Positions 36,528 to 49,874 of a stretch of 64,000 nucleotides of DNA are shown here, in pieces; position 1 is the first letter of the stretch; each line of letters opens with the position of its first letter. Both the position numbers and the translations under genes were made by a program. The stretch is from Nageia nagi. Taxonomy: Eukaryota; Plantae; Pinophyta. The stretch covers positions 32,054,001-32,118,000 of the forward strand of contig JBITNC010000002.1 in the NCBI GenBank assembly GCA_050084985.1. Reading direction: 5' to 3'. The notes beneath the pieces were generated by a model that was given only the letters and a program-made list of their open reading frames with translations, did no database searches and was not told the DNA's origin.

Positions 36528-39290
36528 TATTCATAATTGTCTACTTTCATTTTGTTGTTCTCACATCTTTGCTAATACCAGAACTGAGGGTAACAATACC
36601 ATACATGATTTGTGGGCTTTAGTAATCTTTCAAGGATAGCATGTGTTCATTGTGTTGTTTTCCTATTTTTCCCATGCAAAAGCGGATATGCTAGATAAGA
36701 ATTCATGTAGAAAGTCTTGGAGTAGCCGATTTCATGAAGTTGCTTGTACAGGGAATCATTGATAACTTTGCTCCATTTGATCAATCGATTCCTAGCCATC
36801 AAATTAATAAATCCCTTAAATTCAATTTTGAACTTAGTATCATTTGGTTGGTTTGTAATCCTGGAGAATATGCTGATCATTTGAAAGATGATCAGATAGA
36901 AACTTGTTCGAGGAGCATTAATCAATTTCATTCCAGTGAAGTGTTTGCAGTCTTCTCGTAACCAATCCTTGATCAACTCATTGGGTTTTCAGAAGATGTG
37001 ATAATATGCCAAAGAATCTTCTTCTGGGTAAGGCAACCCTTCCTTTGGTAGTTTGAACGTTGCTTCAATTCCTTCCATGAAGAAATCCATGATCTTGTTT
37101 CCCGTTGTATCATAGAGGGATCTCTCCTTGAAGTTACATCGCTTTCCTACTTCCCAGCACAACTCTTGGAATGGTGCCGCAAAAGGCATGACCGCTGTTG
37201 AGATAAGCCCAAAGTTTTCACAACTTTTGCCTATGACCACTCAGTGTTTGTGATTTTGGGTAATTTATTCTTGAATTTCTCTTCTTGAGGCATGGTTTCG
37301 GGATCCTTTTGGAAAACTATGTATTTCTTATCAAATTAGCCATGGTGGCTTTCACTTTGCGAGTTCCAAATGATTCTGCTTTGCTCTTCACAGGCTGTTT
37401 GGGAAGTTGTTCCTTCATTGATGGCTTCACCTTCTTTTTCACAAGTTGCCTTTCCTTTCCTTTCATCGTTTGTGATTTTTCTTTCTCTTTTTGTTTTGAC
37501 TGTTCTCCCCTTTGCCTTTCCTCTTCCCTACTTTCAACCCTATCACCTTTTAACTTTCTAGCCTTCTTTTGGCTTTATGGATCCATTTTCAAGATGTCAG
37601 AATACCTGTTGTAGTAGAAGAGAATTACTTGTAGGCTAAGGTGGAATAGTTGGATAGAGAGGAAACAAGTTTGAACTATTAAAGGATAGGGGGGAATTGA
37701 CTCAATCTGGTGGGCTATAGATCAAGTGTTTCTAAGAGCAACTGGTTGAGGGGAAACAATGAGGTTGGTCACCTTACTTCCCAAACCTTAACAAAAAGAT
37801 TATATGACCAAAGAAATTTGTAACTTTGTAAAATTGGTTTACCTCTACCCTTGAGGTTGAATGAAATCAATGTTAGCACCCTTGATTCGATTCCTCAAAT
37901 GCTTGACAACTGATGGAAATGATAAACATATAACAAAAATAAAAAACAAGCAATTTAAGATCCTGAGTTTGGAGGATCTGGAAGGATTTTGAGGTCAACT
38001 GGAAAAGTAGAAGGGTCACTTCAGTTTACCTCTCTTGCAATTTGTATATGTCTGAAATTGTGCGCCCTAGGTGCTTCTAGAAAGTGGTGCGACCTATTTT
38101 GAGGCTTGCGTAACCAAAGAAATACTACTCCTCTGCCCCTGCCACTCTTACTGAAAAGAAATTCTAAAACTTTGAGGTAATTTTATTAGGCACATGATTT
38201 GGACATCTTGCTTTGGTTGTCAAGTTTAAAGAGTTTGCCTTTCGCATTCAAATGGGAACATGCAACCTATGTTAATCCTTGAAAGCCTTCTTAAAATGGA
38301 GTCCCAATCTATTTTGACAAGCTTTTGCTAACACTTGGCAAAAGTTCATAAGATAAAAATGCCTCTCTCCCTAGGTTGCACGGTTTGGCTCCTATGGCTT
38401 GGTCGCTTAGTTCAGGAATTATGCCACTTGCATCTCAGAAAAATCGTGCGACCTCCTCCAGCCTTAGGAATTCTTCTTTGGAATGGGATCCACTCTTCTT
38501 TTATATTCTTTCAATGCCACCTGGCAACAACCCACACGTTGAATCTCCCCTTTTGGCCAAGTCGCACGATTTTAGATGGATGTCTTGGTCGCTTAGTTTG
38601 GGCCACTTGTTTTTGCATCACATTGAAAGCATACGATTAGGTCGCATGTTTTGAAGTTTATGCCTTGGTTACGTTCACTCAATACTTATGAATTTCTTGC
38701 TCAAATGAGACCTTAGTTTGTTTTTATAGCCCTTTTGTTGACACGTGCTAACTTTTGATCCTTTCGTGGCTCATTGCTCATGGTCGCATGGTTTGAAGGG
38801 GATTTTTTGGTCGCTCACTTTGAAAGTCATCCAAATTTCATCTTGGTGAAAACATGTGACCAAGCTTGGACTTCAATTTTTTTTGTAGAATCAAGTTTCT
38901 AAGCCTCGTTTATGATCTTGTAAATGACTGGGACCTTTTATGAGCCTTGTTCACTTAGCCTTTCCATGGTTACAATGTTTTGGCCCTTTTGAGATCATGT
39001 TTGGGTCATAAAATTTTGAAGGATGGCTTCATTTATTGGAGTGAAAACATGCGACCTCTCTAAAACTTAGAATTTTTGCAAGGAAATTGACACTATGCTC
39101 TCCTATCCTACCTGCTCAAAAGATAAGTCGTAGCATTTTGATCAAATTGGACCAATATCAAGAGGGTTGTGGTATATTTTGTCAATTTTCATCATCCCAG
39201 ACCATCCCCGTTGGAGTTGCTATGTCCTTTTGCCAAAATAGGGTTCTCAAAATTTGCAAAAATTAAGGGGTGTGTTGTGTCGGCACAACA
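36528..39290 (-). mobile_element. Family G element copy 2 (terminus at 39290, motif region, 5' third of the accessory ORF 37586-36528)
   Basis: AVMPFAAPFQELCWEVGKRCNFKERSLYDTTGNKIMDFFMEGIEATF and IKWSKVINDSL..FYMNSYL are homologous to the other copies. GGTCGCA(T/C)G motifs recur at 38050-39060. Sharp junction ...cggcacaaca| with a copia integrase. Confidence 0.8.
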
Positions 39291-40600
39291 CAATACACCC
39301 ACATCTTTCGGGATAAATCATCAACAAACAACAAGAAAAATTAGTAGCCAATGTGGTTGGCTTTAGTGAGGTTGCAAAAATCGGATTGAATCATATCAAG
39401 AAGTCCATTAGCATGATGGGTGCTAGCCTCAAAAGGTACCCTATGTTGTTTTCTTATGATGTAAGAAGAACAAATAGGTCTAGAAGTAAGAGAGGGAAGA
39501 CCATGGACCATCTTCTTCTACTATTAAGGAAATCAGGTAGTTGGGATTCATATGTCCATGTCTACAGTGCCAAAGAGTGGTGTCATCCGAAATATTAACA
39601 ATGAGTGCCTGGCTGTTGGAAGCTACAACATCAAGCAAAAACATCTTCCCAACTCCTATTGCTTGAGCCACAACCTGAGAATCTTTGGATTTTTCTCAAA
39701 TTGTCTTCCCATCCAAAGTATCAAACTCCACTATGAGGTTGTGATCCAATATTTTATCGATAGACAAGATATTCTCTTTGAGTTCTAGCACATATAAGAC
39801 CTCCTTCATTTAACAATTATGCTGTCCATGACGGAGTTGCACATCTCCTTTCCTTTCAATGGCATAGTGTGTGTCATCTACCAATTGTACTTGAGCAAGA
39901 TAGGATTTCTCATCTAAAGAAACAAACCAATCCTTCTGGCCAATCATGTGCTTGGTAGCATTAGAATCCACATACCAAATGATGGTTATGGATGGTTGCT
40001 CTTTATGGGCAAGAGCAAAATCTTCCAACTCCTCTTCTTCTTCAACATTAGCAACATTCCCTTGTTGTTGTCCTTGTGGTCTTCAAGTTCTCCATTCTCC
40101 TTTGTTCTTGGGAGGTGGTCTTTTATGTTTTTGATTCTTATAACTCGAAGATCTTTGAGTGAAAGAATTGTACCAACAATGATCTTGCAATTCATGCCCT
40201 TCTTTCTGCAAATCCAGCAACTCTTTTTGGTTTTTTGGTGTCATATGACTTGCCTTTTCCCTTCTGTTGGTTCTTGCCTTTTTGAATGGACGCTGTTGCA
40301 TGCTCTTCTTCATTCAAATTCTCATGGAAGGCCTCTTCGTGTTGCAACATATTCACCAACTCTTCAAAGTCTGGCTTTTTTTCAGTGATGTTCGTGGATG
40401 TCACAAAGATGCGATATGACTTCGAGAGTGCTCTCAAGACAATGGTTACAAGGAGCTTATCTTCCACCGTATCTCCTAATGCTTGTAGGGAGGAACGGAG
40501 TTCAGCAACGTGGCAAAGAAAGGATTTTAACTTTTCCCCACCTTTCAGCTTTAAATTGTGTAACTGTCCTTGAAGATGAACAATCTGATTTTGATTCTTT
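39291..40600 (-). mobile_element. Ty1/copia internal fragment (gag, protease, GAG-pre-integrase, integrase start), degenerate
   Basis: VTIVLRALSKSYRIFVTS, WYVDSNATKHM, LWHCRHGHMN, FVDDLSRKMWVY. Confidence 0.9.
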
Positions 40601-41329
40601 CGTACTAGTTGTAAGTTGTCTAACTAGTTATGAATAGACACTAGTTGTAAATGATAACATTTTTTCATACTAGAATGGTTGCATGTCACATTTATATCAT
40701 TACTCTTATTTCATTGGAGGGTGTGAATGATGTTTAATGTATCACTTATTTCAAGTATTCCTCTAATATTTCTACATATTACATGTTTACTTTGTGTGAT
40801 GATTCATGTGCTTGTTTCTAGAACCTGTTTGAAATCTCACACAGTTTTTAAATTGAAATTGAACAAACCTAATGCCAAATGAAATTAACCTAGCATATTA
40901 GTCTATGATCATCTAGAAAATCTGAATTCAAGAGCAACAATGTGGAAATTCTCTTGGTCTACCACTCTCACTATAGAGTTGCTCTCCATATCACATTTTG
41001 GACCAAATTGTGAATTTTGTATGAAAGTATTGAAAAAAATGCACGTGTTTTGATTTCATGTTTAGTTATCCATATGTAATATATGGAGGATTTTATTTTC
41101 ATTGCTTATTGATTTTATATTTAATAGAAGGGGAAAAACTGAAATTAAATGTGAGGTATAATTCAATCAACATCCCCCACATCTTTCCAAAAACGTTTCC
41201 ATATGTGGTATAGGCAATTTCCACTCCATTATTGTGACATATTTTGAATTATGTTTCTTGTTTTCAGAATTTTTGAGCTTTTAGATTGGTTCTGGTTTCT
41301 AATTATGAAGTTTCATTTTTCTTCTGTAG

Positions 41330-41380
41330 GAAATTGCAAAACAGCTATGTCTTGAGCATCAATTGACATTCTCAAAGACG
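41330..41380 (+). CDS. ORC4: ORC4 exon 5 (EIAKQLCLEHQLTFSKT)
   Basis: ctgtag| acceptor, |gtaata donor. Confidence 0.95.
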
Positions 41381-41556
41381 GTAATATTAGAAGTTTTATA
41401 ACTTGCAGCTACATTTTGGCAATGTCGTGTTATTTGAAATTGGGTTAAAGTTGCTCACAGGCATGGCCAGATGGAGATTGTTTCTCATCCCAAGATGGGT
41501 TTTCATTTGTTTAATTTAGAAATCAATAACTTACATGTTATGAACGTGTTCAACAG

Positions 41557-41600
41557 GCTTCATTTGATGAGAATGCAGAATTTATGAATGCTATGCTGAG
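41557..41600 (+). CDS. ORC4: ORC4 exon 6 (ASFDENAEFMNAML)
   Basis: aacag| acceptor, AG|gtatgg donor, phase 2. Confidence 0.95.
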
Positions 41601-41729
41601 GTATGGTCAAACTATAACTTTCTTATTTTGATCGTATTGCTTTACAAAGTCCGAATCTTTAGATTAATGTGTGCTCTTTTAGTTTTGTTGTTGTTTTACA
41701 TCTTAATTATTACGGATCATGTTTGATAG

Positions 41730-41793
41730 AGAGTGTGCTTTAGCTCATAAGGCTGTGGTTTTTATTCTCGACGAGTTTGATCTCTTTACACAG
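41730..41793 (+). CDS. ORC4: ORC4 exon 7 (RECALAHKAVVFILDEFDLFTQ; Walker B)
   Basis: gatag| acceptor, |gtacct donor. Confidence 0.96.
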
Positions 41794-41891
41794 GTACCTA
41801 TATTCAAATTCAAGTTACAATGTGTTATCTGTTTAACTTTGTCTTATTGTTCATTATTTGGGGTTTAATTCTATATCTTGTATTGGTTCAG

Positions 41892-41978
41892 GGAAAGCAA
41901 CGATTACTTTATAATCTACTTGATTCAATGCAAACTATACTTTCACAGGCTGCAGTTGTTGGTATTAGTTGTCGCCTG
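41892..41978 (+). CDS. ORC4: ORC4 exon 8 (GKQRLLYNLLDSMQTILSQAAVVGISCRL)
   Basis: ttcag| acceptor, |gtaagt donor. Confidence 0.96.
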
Positions 41979-42556
41979 GTAAGTGCTCAAAACTAACACA
42001 TTCATTAAGGATTTCCATTTACATTTTGACTAATGAACAAGGTGGTGGCTATATATGTATATCTTTAATAAAATAGGTTGCCTACTATTTGGTCATTGCA
42101 TTAAGTCTAGAAGCATACGAACCAATTTTAATGAAGTGTCAATTATAATTTATAGCTTACAGCATAGCTTAATTATAGAGAATATCTAGCATACACGGTC
42201 AAGATTACAAAACAGTCTTTACTCTGGATTCACTGTGCATGCAGAAGTTGATTCCTGTATAAATGAGTCATGACTATTTTTCTTACAAAACTAATTTACT
42301 GCTGCATTATTTCATTATGTGTATATAATATACAAAGTATTTTCCAAGAGTTCCAGAGTTTTTAACTTTATTCTTCTTTTTAGAAATCTGGTTTCTAGAG
42401 GTTTGACATGGTGCAACTAAAATGAAAATTGAGCTAAATTTTGGGCAAATGTTTGGATTGTTGATATAGACAGAATTTAGCAATATAATAATGTTCGGAA
42501 GCAAGCTCTCACACAAGATAGGATACAACAGATGGGCTTAGAGGGATCCTTTAAAT

Positions 42557-43483
42557 CTATGTTCCATGGGGACGTGTACCAGCCCCTAGTACTGCCATTG
42601 TACCCAATTCAGGGATGGGGGGATGAGTACGAAATATCCCCCTCCCGTATCACCCTCTTGGAACTTGCAATGAAACATTTCGGACTTGGAAGTATGCCTA
42701 GCCGTTTCAGAAACATCTAGGAGAAGCTCAATCATCCCCCAGGCATCTTGGGGACATGTGTGCATTTCAGAGACATCGGGGGGATGCCCAACCATCCTTG
42801 AAACGGTTGGGAGTACCCTTGTCTGCTGTGTGGACTAGTAGGAAAAAAACCAACTAATAACTTAAAAAACCATAAGGGAGTGAGGGGTGGGGCCCATCCT
42901 CTCTCCTTTACCCATTCTAACCCTAAAAGTGAACTCCAACCCTAAAAGTGAATGAAACATTAAAAAATGAAGGGGCCTCACTTGTGAAACTCACTTCTAC
43001 AACTATGCTTCAGAGTTTGGGGAGTTTAGACTCTAGACTTTGGAGAGGTTGGAGAAGGTGTTTAGACTCTTAGAGTTTGGAGAGCTTGGAGTTGGAGGCT
43101 GGACTCTTGGAGCTTGGACTGCGGACAGTTTGGACTTTGGACTCTTGGAGCTGTTTGCTGTACCAAACTAGAGAAGCCTTTCAGTTGAAGTCTTGAAGTT
43201 GTTGAGGTAAGACTCTAAGAACTCTCTAGTTTTTACATTTAGTTTCCATTTTGTTTATGGCATGTTGCATGCAATGTGCATGCTAATTTATTGTTGTTAG
43301 TATGTTACCAATTACACTCTACTGTCTGTTTGTTTAGAATTAGACATCCAGTTACAAAAGTCTAGAGGTTATCTATTACAAAACTAAGAAACTTACAATA
43401 ATATTGTTTTGGCACAAGCTTTAAATAACTTTTATCCATTTAAATTTTATATATAGCTACACCCTAGGAATGTTGTAAGTACA
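42557..43483 (+). mobile_element. Probable 5' end of a DNA transposon (hAT-like), interrupted by element E
   Basis: Abrupt GC-richer block starting ctatgttccatggggacg with repeated GGGAC/TCCCC-type motifs, then a ttggact-repeat leader. No partner TIR was identified. Confidence 0.4.
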
Positions 43484-46400
43484 TGTAATGTACCCTTCTA
43501 GGGCTTAAGCTAAACATGCACAATTTACTTAATCTAATTCCACATTCATTCATCAACTAGGGAAAACTATAAATGCTCAACAAACATTCAATAATGTTTC
43601 CAAGACTGAAATTATCATAACAGTAACCAGATCTGATGTATAACAATAATGGTGCTCTTATAACATGCGAAACTATTTAAACTAGGGAACAATTGCAATC
43701 TGTTATATTACAGTATTATGCTACCAAAACACTCTAATTCTCATTCATTCCCATGCACGAATATTGATAACAAGACAACAGTAGTAGAAAAGCATTCATC
43801 CACTCATAATGATCAATATGAGAGCCAAATATCATGAATAATAACCAAGAATAAGTGCAGGTCTATAACAAGCCTGTAACAAGTTCTAGGGCATCGCCCA
43901 AGACTCCCAAAATGAACAATAAGGACTTCCAAAGGCTGGCGCAAGACTCCAAGAGCTTAGGGTGGCTGGCGCAAGTCTCCCAAGGTCTCCCAAAGGCTAG
44001 CACTAGGGCTAGAATGGCTTCCAATGTTGGTGCAAGCTCTCCAAGTGTAGATAATTGCGAATATGCCACTTCTAGGCTAGGGAGCAGCCCTAGACCATAG
44101 AAGGAAGAGAGGGGAGTAGCCCCAACTCTGAGAGATCAAAGATCAAATGTCAAATTATGATTTTCCTTAAGTGGTGAATCCTCTTTTTTATAGGTGTCTT
44201 TACCTTGAAATTACCAATAATTAAACTCCTGGACGACTTGGAATAAATAACTTTTCCCTGGTTGTGTTATTAGAATCCTGGTTTCTTGGGCAAACTTCAA
44301 AAGTCCATATCTTCCCCGTTTCTTGATGGGACCATGCGTATGACTTGTCAAAACGATTGGTAGAAGATTCTCCATCTATTCCAAAAGAAAAATCGGTGAG
44401 CCAAGGCTTACAACGAAAGTTATGTCTTCTACAAGGTTTCTCAAAATTGGGGACATTACAAGTCTGCCCTCCTCACATTGCTTTTCCTCAAGCAATGAAA
44501 ACACACATCTTGATGTCGCCAAGCTGAATCCAATTGTAATGATCCAAATGGATCTCAAAGAATGTCCACCATGCCGTTGTTGTGCTACTCTGATTAAAAA
44601 TCAACCATGCCAAGGCAGTGCTTACTTCTTTGAAGTATCCATGATGTTGAGAATGAATGTGAATGCAGAGAGTGTCATCAAAACTATTCCAACCTCATGG
44701 TGCAACTCAAGTGTACTAAAAAATCCCATGAAACATATATGTTGTGCCAAGGATGTTCCCCAAAATGCCTTCAAACTGAGAGAAGACAGATCTGAAGTAA
44801 TGCATGACAGGTTTGGTTTTTCCCAAACAGCAGCGAGTGATGACTTTCCAAATTGTTTAAGATCATCTATAATTAGTCTCTCATCAATCCCTATAGCTGC
44901 TTCATAGCATTGTTGAAGCAAATCATTAGTAATAGTGAATAAATCAATGAAAAGTGAGCTGAGATAGGAGCCAACAAACTCTGTTACGAATTGTGAAATC
45001 TGAAGTTGTTCCCCCATCTTGTCAATATCAAGATTCTCGTATGCTATGGGTATCATTGGATATCTTTCTTTTTCAACCATACTTAGCAATTCTAGGAACA
45101 TCCAAAGGTGGTGCTCTTCATTTCCTCTTGATTTCAAGTTGTACAAGTGTTCTTCAAAGTAGCCCCTTGTTGGTCCCAAAAGGATGCAATCATTAAAACG
45201 GCTATCCAAGGAAATGGAGACAAGAAATATTGCTGACGGTGCATGCCTTTCAAGAGCCAATCCTTGTGTATTGTTCCCAAGCTGGTCCCAACGTCTAAAT
45301 GCCTTAGAACTGTGAAGAATGATGACTGAAAATACGCAGGCCTGAAGTCCTTTAGCGGAGAACAAGGCTTATTTCTTGAGTTTGCTAGTGAGTGGGTACC
45401 TTCCAATTTCTTGACCAATCTCCTTGCTTGGTTCCTCATCATGTCTAAAGGCTATTTTATGCAGAAACAAACCAGATTCATCAGTAGCATTGCATCTATT
45501 AATAAAAAATAATCTCAGATCCGAGTCAACCAAACCTAAAGGTGTCATTTGAAGTTTTTTGTAAGGATTCAAACACACCCTCAAGTACAAATTAGCAAAT
45601 TCAACTCCATAAACCCTGACATCAGGTCTAGGGCATCAATTATAAGCATAAACAACACAATATCAACAACGTCTGAACTAGGGTATCTGAATCAAACCCT
45701 AACAATGCAAACATGCCAACGTCTGGCTACAACTAGCGGATATCAATCAACACAAGCTCATAATACCAACGTCTAGCCCATACATACATATACATGCAAA
45801 AGTAATCCAATGATGCCAATAAACAAGCATGCACAATACAAATATGAGATCCAAGTGCCCACTGGCTATATATATGATCAAGAATGAATATCGATACAAT
45901 ACTAAGCTCTCAAAGCTAGATGTTGGCCTCCAAGGAGCCAACTAGGGCAAGATGTATATCCTCAATGTTGGACGATCAAGTAGAACCATGGGACAACTTC
46001 GCTCCCCCAGAATCTGAATCCTCTCCACCGAAGGAGCCCTCCTCAAACCCTGGAGGCCAATTGAATGGCATAAGCTCAACCTCGGAATACCATCGGATGG
46101 GCAAGGGTGCTACACCAATGCCATAGACGATCAGGATCCCTCAGCCTGAAAATCCTCCTAGATGCTGCAACTAGGGGATTGCTTAGTGCCGCTAAGTCTT
46201 GTTGTCCTTTGGATGATATGAAGTATAATAATAATTAGGTATATCCAACAATGAGGCTCCAATGTCTCTTTATACACTCAACTCTGTTCGGATCTCACCT
46301 AGGAGTCATCACCTGGCTCCTTAATCCCAATGTTAACATCCTGGGGGCCTAGAATGCCCATTGTTGGTGTGTAGGGGTTAGGCATGCCAACGTGGGGGCT

Positions 46401-48060
46401 TGAGGTGCATTAAGTGCCAACGTGGGGGTCTAGGAGTGTTGCACATGCTCACATGGGTCTAGGGGTCATGCGTGGGGTCCAGGAGTCTTGCTAGGCCAAC
46501 GTGGGAGTATGGGAGCCTCCCCAAGGCTGGCGCATGCATATAGGTGTCTATCCATCCATCTAAGTGAATAATAGACCTTGGGATTCTCACAATCAAGATC
46601 GGGATCTTCAAGTGCAATAATAACACCTATTCTAAGCTTGGGAGGGAGGCATCCCACTTGGGGCTCACAGTGGGGTCCATTGACTCATTAAATCTTCTAT
46701 CCCAAGTTACAAACATGAAAGTACAATGCAATAATAAAATATATTACAAGAGGAACCCGTTGGATCCCACAATTAATTACAACCATGCAAGGGGGACATC
46801 ACATTTTTCATCTTGATTAATGTCATCAAGACTCATCCATGTTGTAGGTTCACATAATACATTCTGAATGTCTTCTTGCAAGTATTTATAGTATCTACTG
46901 ATTGGTGTTTAAGATCTTTCCTTATGCTTGGTAAATGATTTCTTAGGAAACCCACACCCTTGACATATCTTCCCAAGTTGCTAGCAATATCTGAAACTCT
47001 TCCACATACCTTTGGTGAAGTCTTTTCATGCTGCTGTCGATAAACTGAGTGTCGTAACAGTATCACATTCTTTTCTCTAATCGTGCCATTAATCTTGCCA
47101 AGTAGAGCATGGAATACATTCCTATGAGTGGCCTCAATTGCATCAAGCAATGTGGGCATACTAACCATCAACTCCATCAACCCATAACTCTAATTCATTG
47201 CAATCCAAAGGAAGGAAATGAAACTTATCATACTACTGTTATAAAAATCAGTAATACAGTCATACCTTTTTGGAGTTATCACAAACTGCTGTCCAAAATA
47301 TGAATGGAGTGAGGGGGTTTGATTTGTTTTTTAAATCATGCTATCATCCCCACCCCATAAAACATGAGAAGCATCTCTACAAGTGCCTTCAATTGTACCA
47401 CACAAGGTGAGCATACCAATCAACAATTTAACTTCATTTCTTACCAAATTAAAACTCCATATTACTACAGCCATACAAATGAATGCGAATCTGCTGTTAT
47501 AAAAATCAGAAGTACTGTTATACCCTTTGTAAGTGGTGTCATGGCTGACCCATGCTTCTAAGGTATGCTCAATCATTTTGTAAGATATATGTACCTTTCC
47601 CTTGGCCTCAAAGCTGATGTGTTTCATGTGATTACCATAAACTTTCCTCGATCTATTCACTGTTATGAATGGATGCCTCACTTTGATCCTCTTTAATGTG
47701 ACCTTCCTAATAGTAAGCATGGATGCCAAGGATCTTATTGTGCTAAGGTAAGTTCCAAACGCCTGATGATAAACAATGATGCTAAGAGAAGATATGGGAA
47801 ACATGCGCCATCTAACCTTCTCAAGAGTACCTCTAAACTGTCCAAATCTTTTAAATGTCTTCAAACTGAGAAGAGTCAGATCTGGTCCTTTGTGAACAAT
47901 AGTGGTAAGTGGTTGTTCCAACAGCCCCAAATCATCTTGACTCATGTTATCATTGGTCCTTAAAATTGTCTTAAAGCATAGCTGAAGTAAACCATTGGTA
48001 TCAATGAATAAGATAATGAATAACAAGCGAGTAATTGAGTCAACAAGCTTAATGATCTTC
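43484..48060 (-). mobile_element. Element E: 3' LTR (43484-44460), PPT and patchwork interior; same family as element C; 5' part lost
   Basis: The LTR aligns with 35415-36527. Interior modules 45090-45250 and 47030-47355 align with 31670-31810 and 33825-34115. Confidence 0.85.
45560..46803 (-). mobile_element. Solo LTR, family F copy 3, 5-bp TSD TTTTT
   Basis: tgtaaggattc...ggggacatcaca; ttttt on both flanks; homologous to 17049-18281. Confidence 0.92.
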
Positions 48061-49535
48061 TTTGGTGCACTTTCCATCCATTGTTTGCCACCATAGCTAA
48101 AAGAAGTCTTATGATTTCATGCCTAGCTATTGGTGCAAATATTTTTTCATAATCTATGTCCTATTGTTAAGAGTATCTTTTTGCAACTATATTTGCTTTG
48201 TGCCTTTCGATTGAGTCATCGCTCTTGTGTTTGGTCTTATAGACCCATTTTACACCTAGTACTTCTTTATCTTTTGGCAATTCCATGAGTTCCCATGTTT
48301 CATTCATTTCTATGAAAAAAATATCTTCTTTCATTGCTTTAACTCATTCTATCTTTGTACATGCTTCTTCAAATAGGCTTGGTTCCACATCAATTTTGTG
48401 AAGTATAGAATAATTTACATTTTCACCTTTATCATTCTCGACATGCCTAAAGTATTCTTCTTGACTCCTAGTTATTCTCTTGTCAAGTTTGTATCTAACA
48501 TTCAACTTGGAGGATGATATTTATATCCTCTTGCCTTGCCTTGTAGGAGTAGTCCCTTGTTCGGGTGTGCTAACTTTTCTTCAATATTTTCAATGCTTTC
48601 TTTTACCTTTCATTAAGAATCTTCAAGGACTCCTCTTTCATGAGAGATTTCATCTCTGAAGAGTTTAACCCTTTTGGTATTTGCATCCCAACATCTATAT
48701 ATGCCTTTGTTTCATAGTCATATCCAACAAAAATATCAAGTTCACTCTTGTTGTCCAACTTTCTTCTTAGTTTTTCATTTAAACGAAAATAAACTAAAGA
48801 ATCAAAAACTCTAAAGTGTTCAACACTTGCTTTAGTACCATACCTTGGTTTAGAGGGTGTCATACCCCCTATTGCAATTGTAGGACTCCCATTGATGATG
48901 TACGTACTTGCATAAATAGCTTCCACCCAAAATTGATTGCTTAAGCCTTTTATTTTGATAATTCTTTTTGTTGTCTTGATCAATGTCTAATTCTTCCATT
49001 TTGCAACTCCATTTTTCTACGGTGTATAGGCAGCTGTATATTGCCTTCTAATCCCATTATTAGCACCAAAATCTTAAAATGATGTTGACTTGCCAGTTCT
49101 CAAAGTCTTGATCATGTACCCACTTTGTTTTTCACCATGGCCTTGAATTTTATGAAAACTTCAAGGGCTTCACTCTTTGCATGAATGAAATACACCCATA
49201 ACATTTTAGTACAACATCAATGAAAGTAATAACATAAAACTTGCCATTTAGTTTTGGAACTTGCATTGGTCCACATATGCCATTATGAACCATTTGGAGT
49301 GGAAGGGGATCTCCTCTTGCTTGATTTAAACTTATCTTTATGGTGTTTTCCCATAAGATAATCTCCATATACATTATTTCTCTTTTTCATATTTGGGAGT
49401 CCATGTACCATCTTTTTTCTACCTAGATCATTCAAGCTTTTGACATTTAGATGCCCATAACTTTGATGCCATAGCCATGAGTTATCTTCAATTCAAGTAG
49501 AGAGACAAACATTATCTCCTCCATGACATTTAAAC
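48061..49535 (-). mobile_element. Ty1/copia internal fragment (GAG-pre-integrase, integrase, start of RT), degenerate
   Basis: WLWHQSYGHLN, MVHNGICGPM, FWVEAIYASTYIIN, KLDNKSELDIFVGY, WVYKTK..IDYEKIFAPIAR..NNGWKVHQ. Confidence 0.92.
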
Positions 49536-49874
49536 ATTTTGGACATATAGTCAATTTTTCGGGCTCTTGGACTTGTACCTTCCATCTTGACTCACCTCCT
49601 AGACCTGGGCGCACTTCATAGAAAGTCATATTTCAGTCTTTTTTAGTGATGTGCTTGACCCTAGGCTCTCCTATTTTCCAGACTTAGTCAAATTTTCAAA
49701 TTCTTCAAATTTGGGTTCACTTGACTATGATTGAGAGGGATGTACAACATTGGGCTCTTGATGGGGTTCGGGTGATTGTGACAAGATGGGTGAGACTCTA
49801 GCTTCCAATGGTCATGACTTAACAAAAAGTTGGGTCCTCAAAATTGCAAATTTTGGGGCATGTTGTGGAGGCAC
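49536..49874 (-). mobile_element. Family G terminal fragment (copy 4); its last bases are displaced by the hAT insertion
   Basis: gggtcctcaaaattgcaaattttggggcatgttgtggaggcac[hAT]aata matches gggttctcaaaatttgcaaaaattaaggggtgtgttgtgtcggcacaaca (39241-39290). Confidence 0.65.

Noticed and set aside
39265-39292. PPT followed by an 18-bp mini-LTR, or a Helitron 3' hairpin (tgtgttgtg-tcgg-cacaacaca)
   Set aside because: There is no CTRR end. The homologous terminus at 49830-49874 shows it is the end of a longer family G terminal region.
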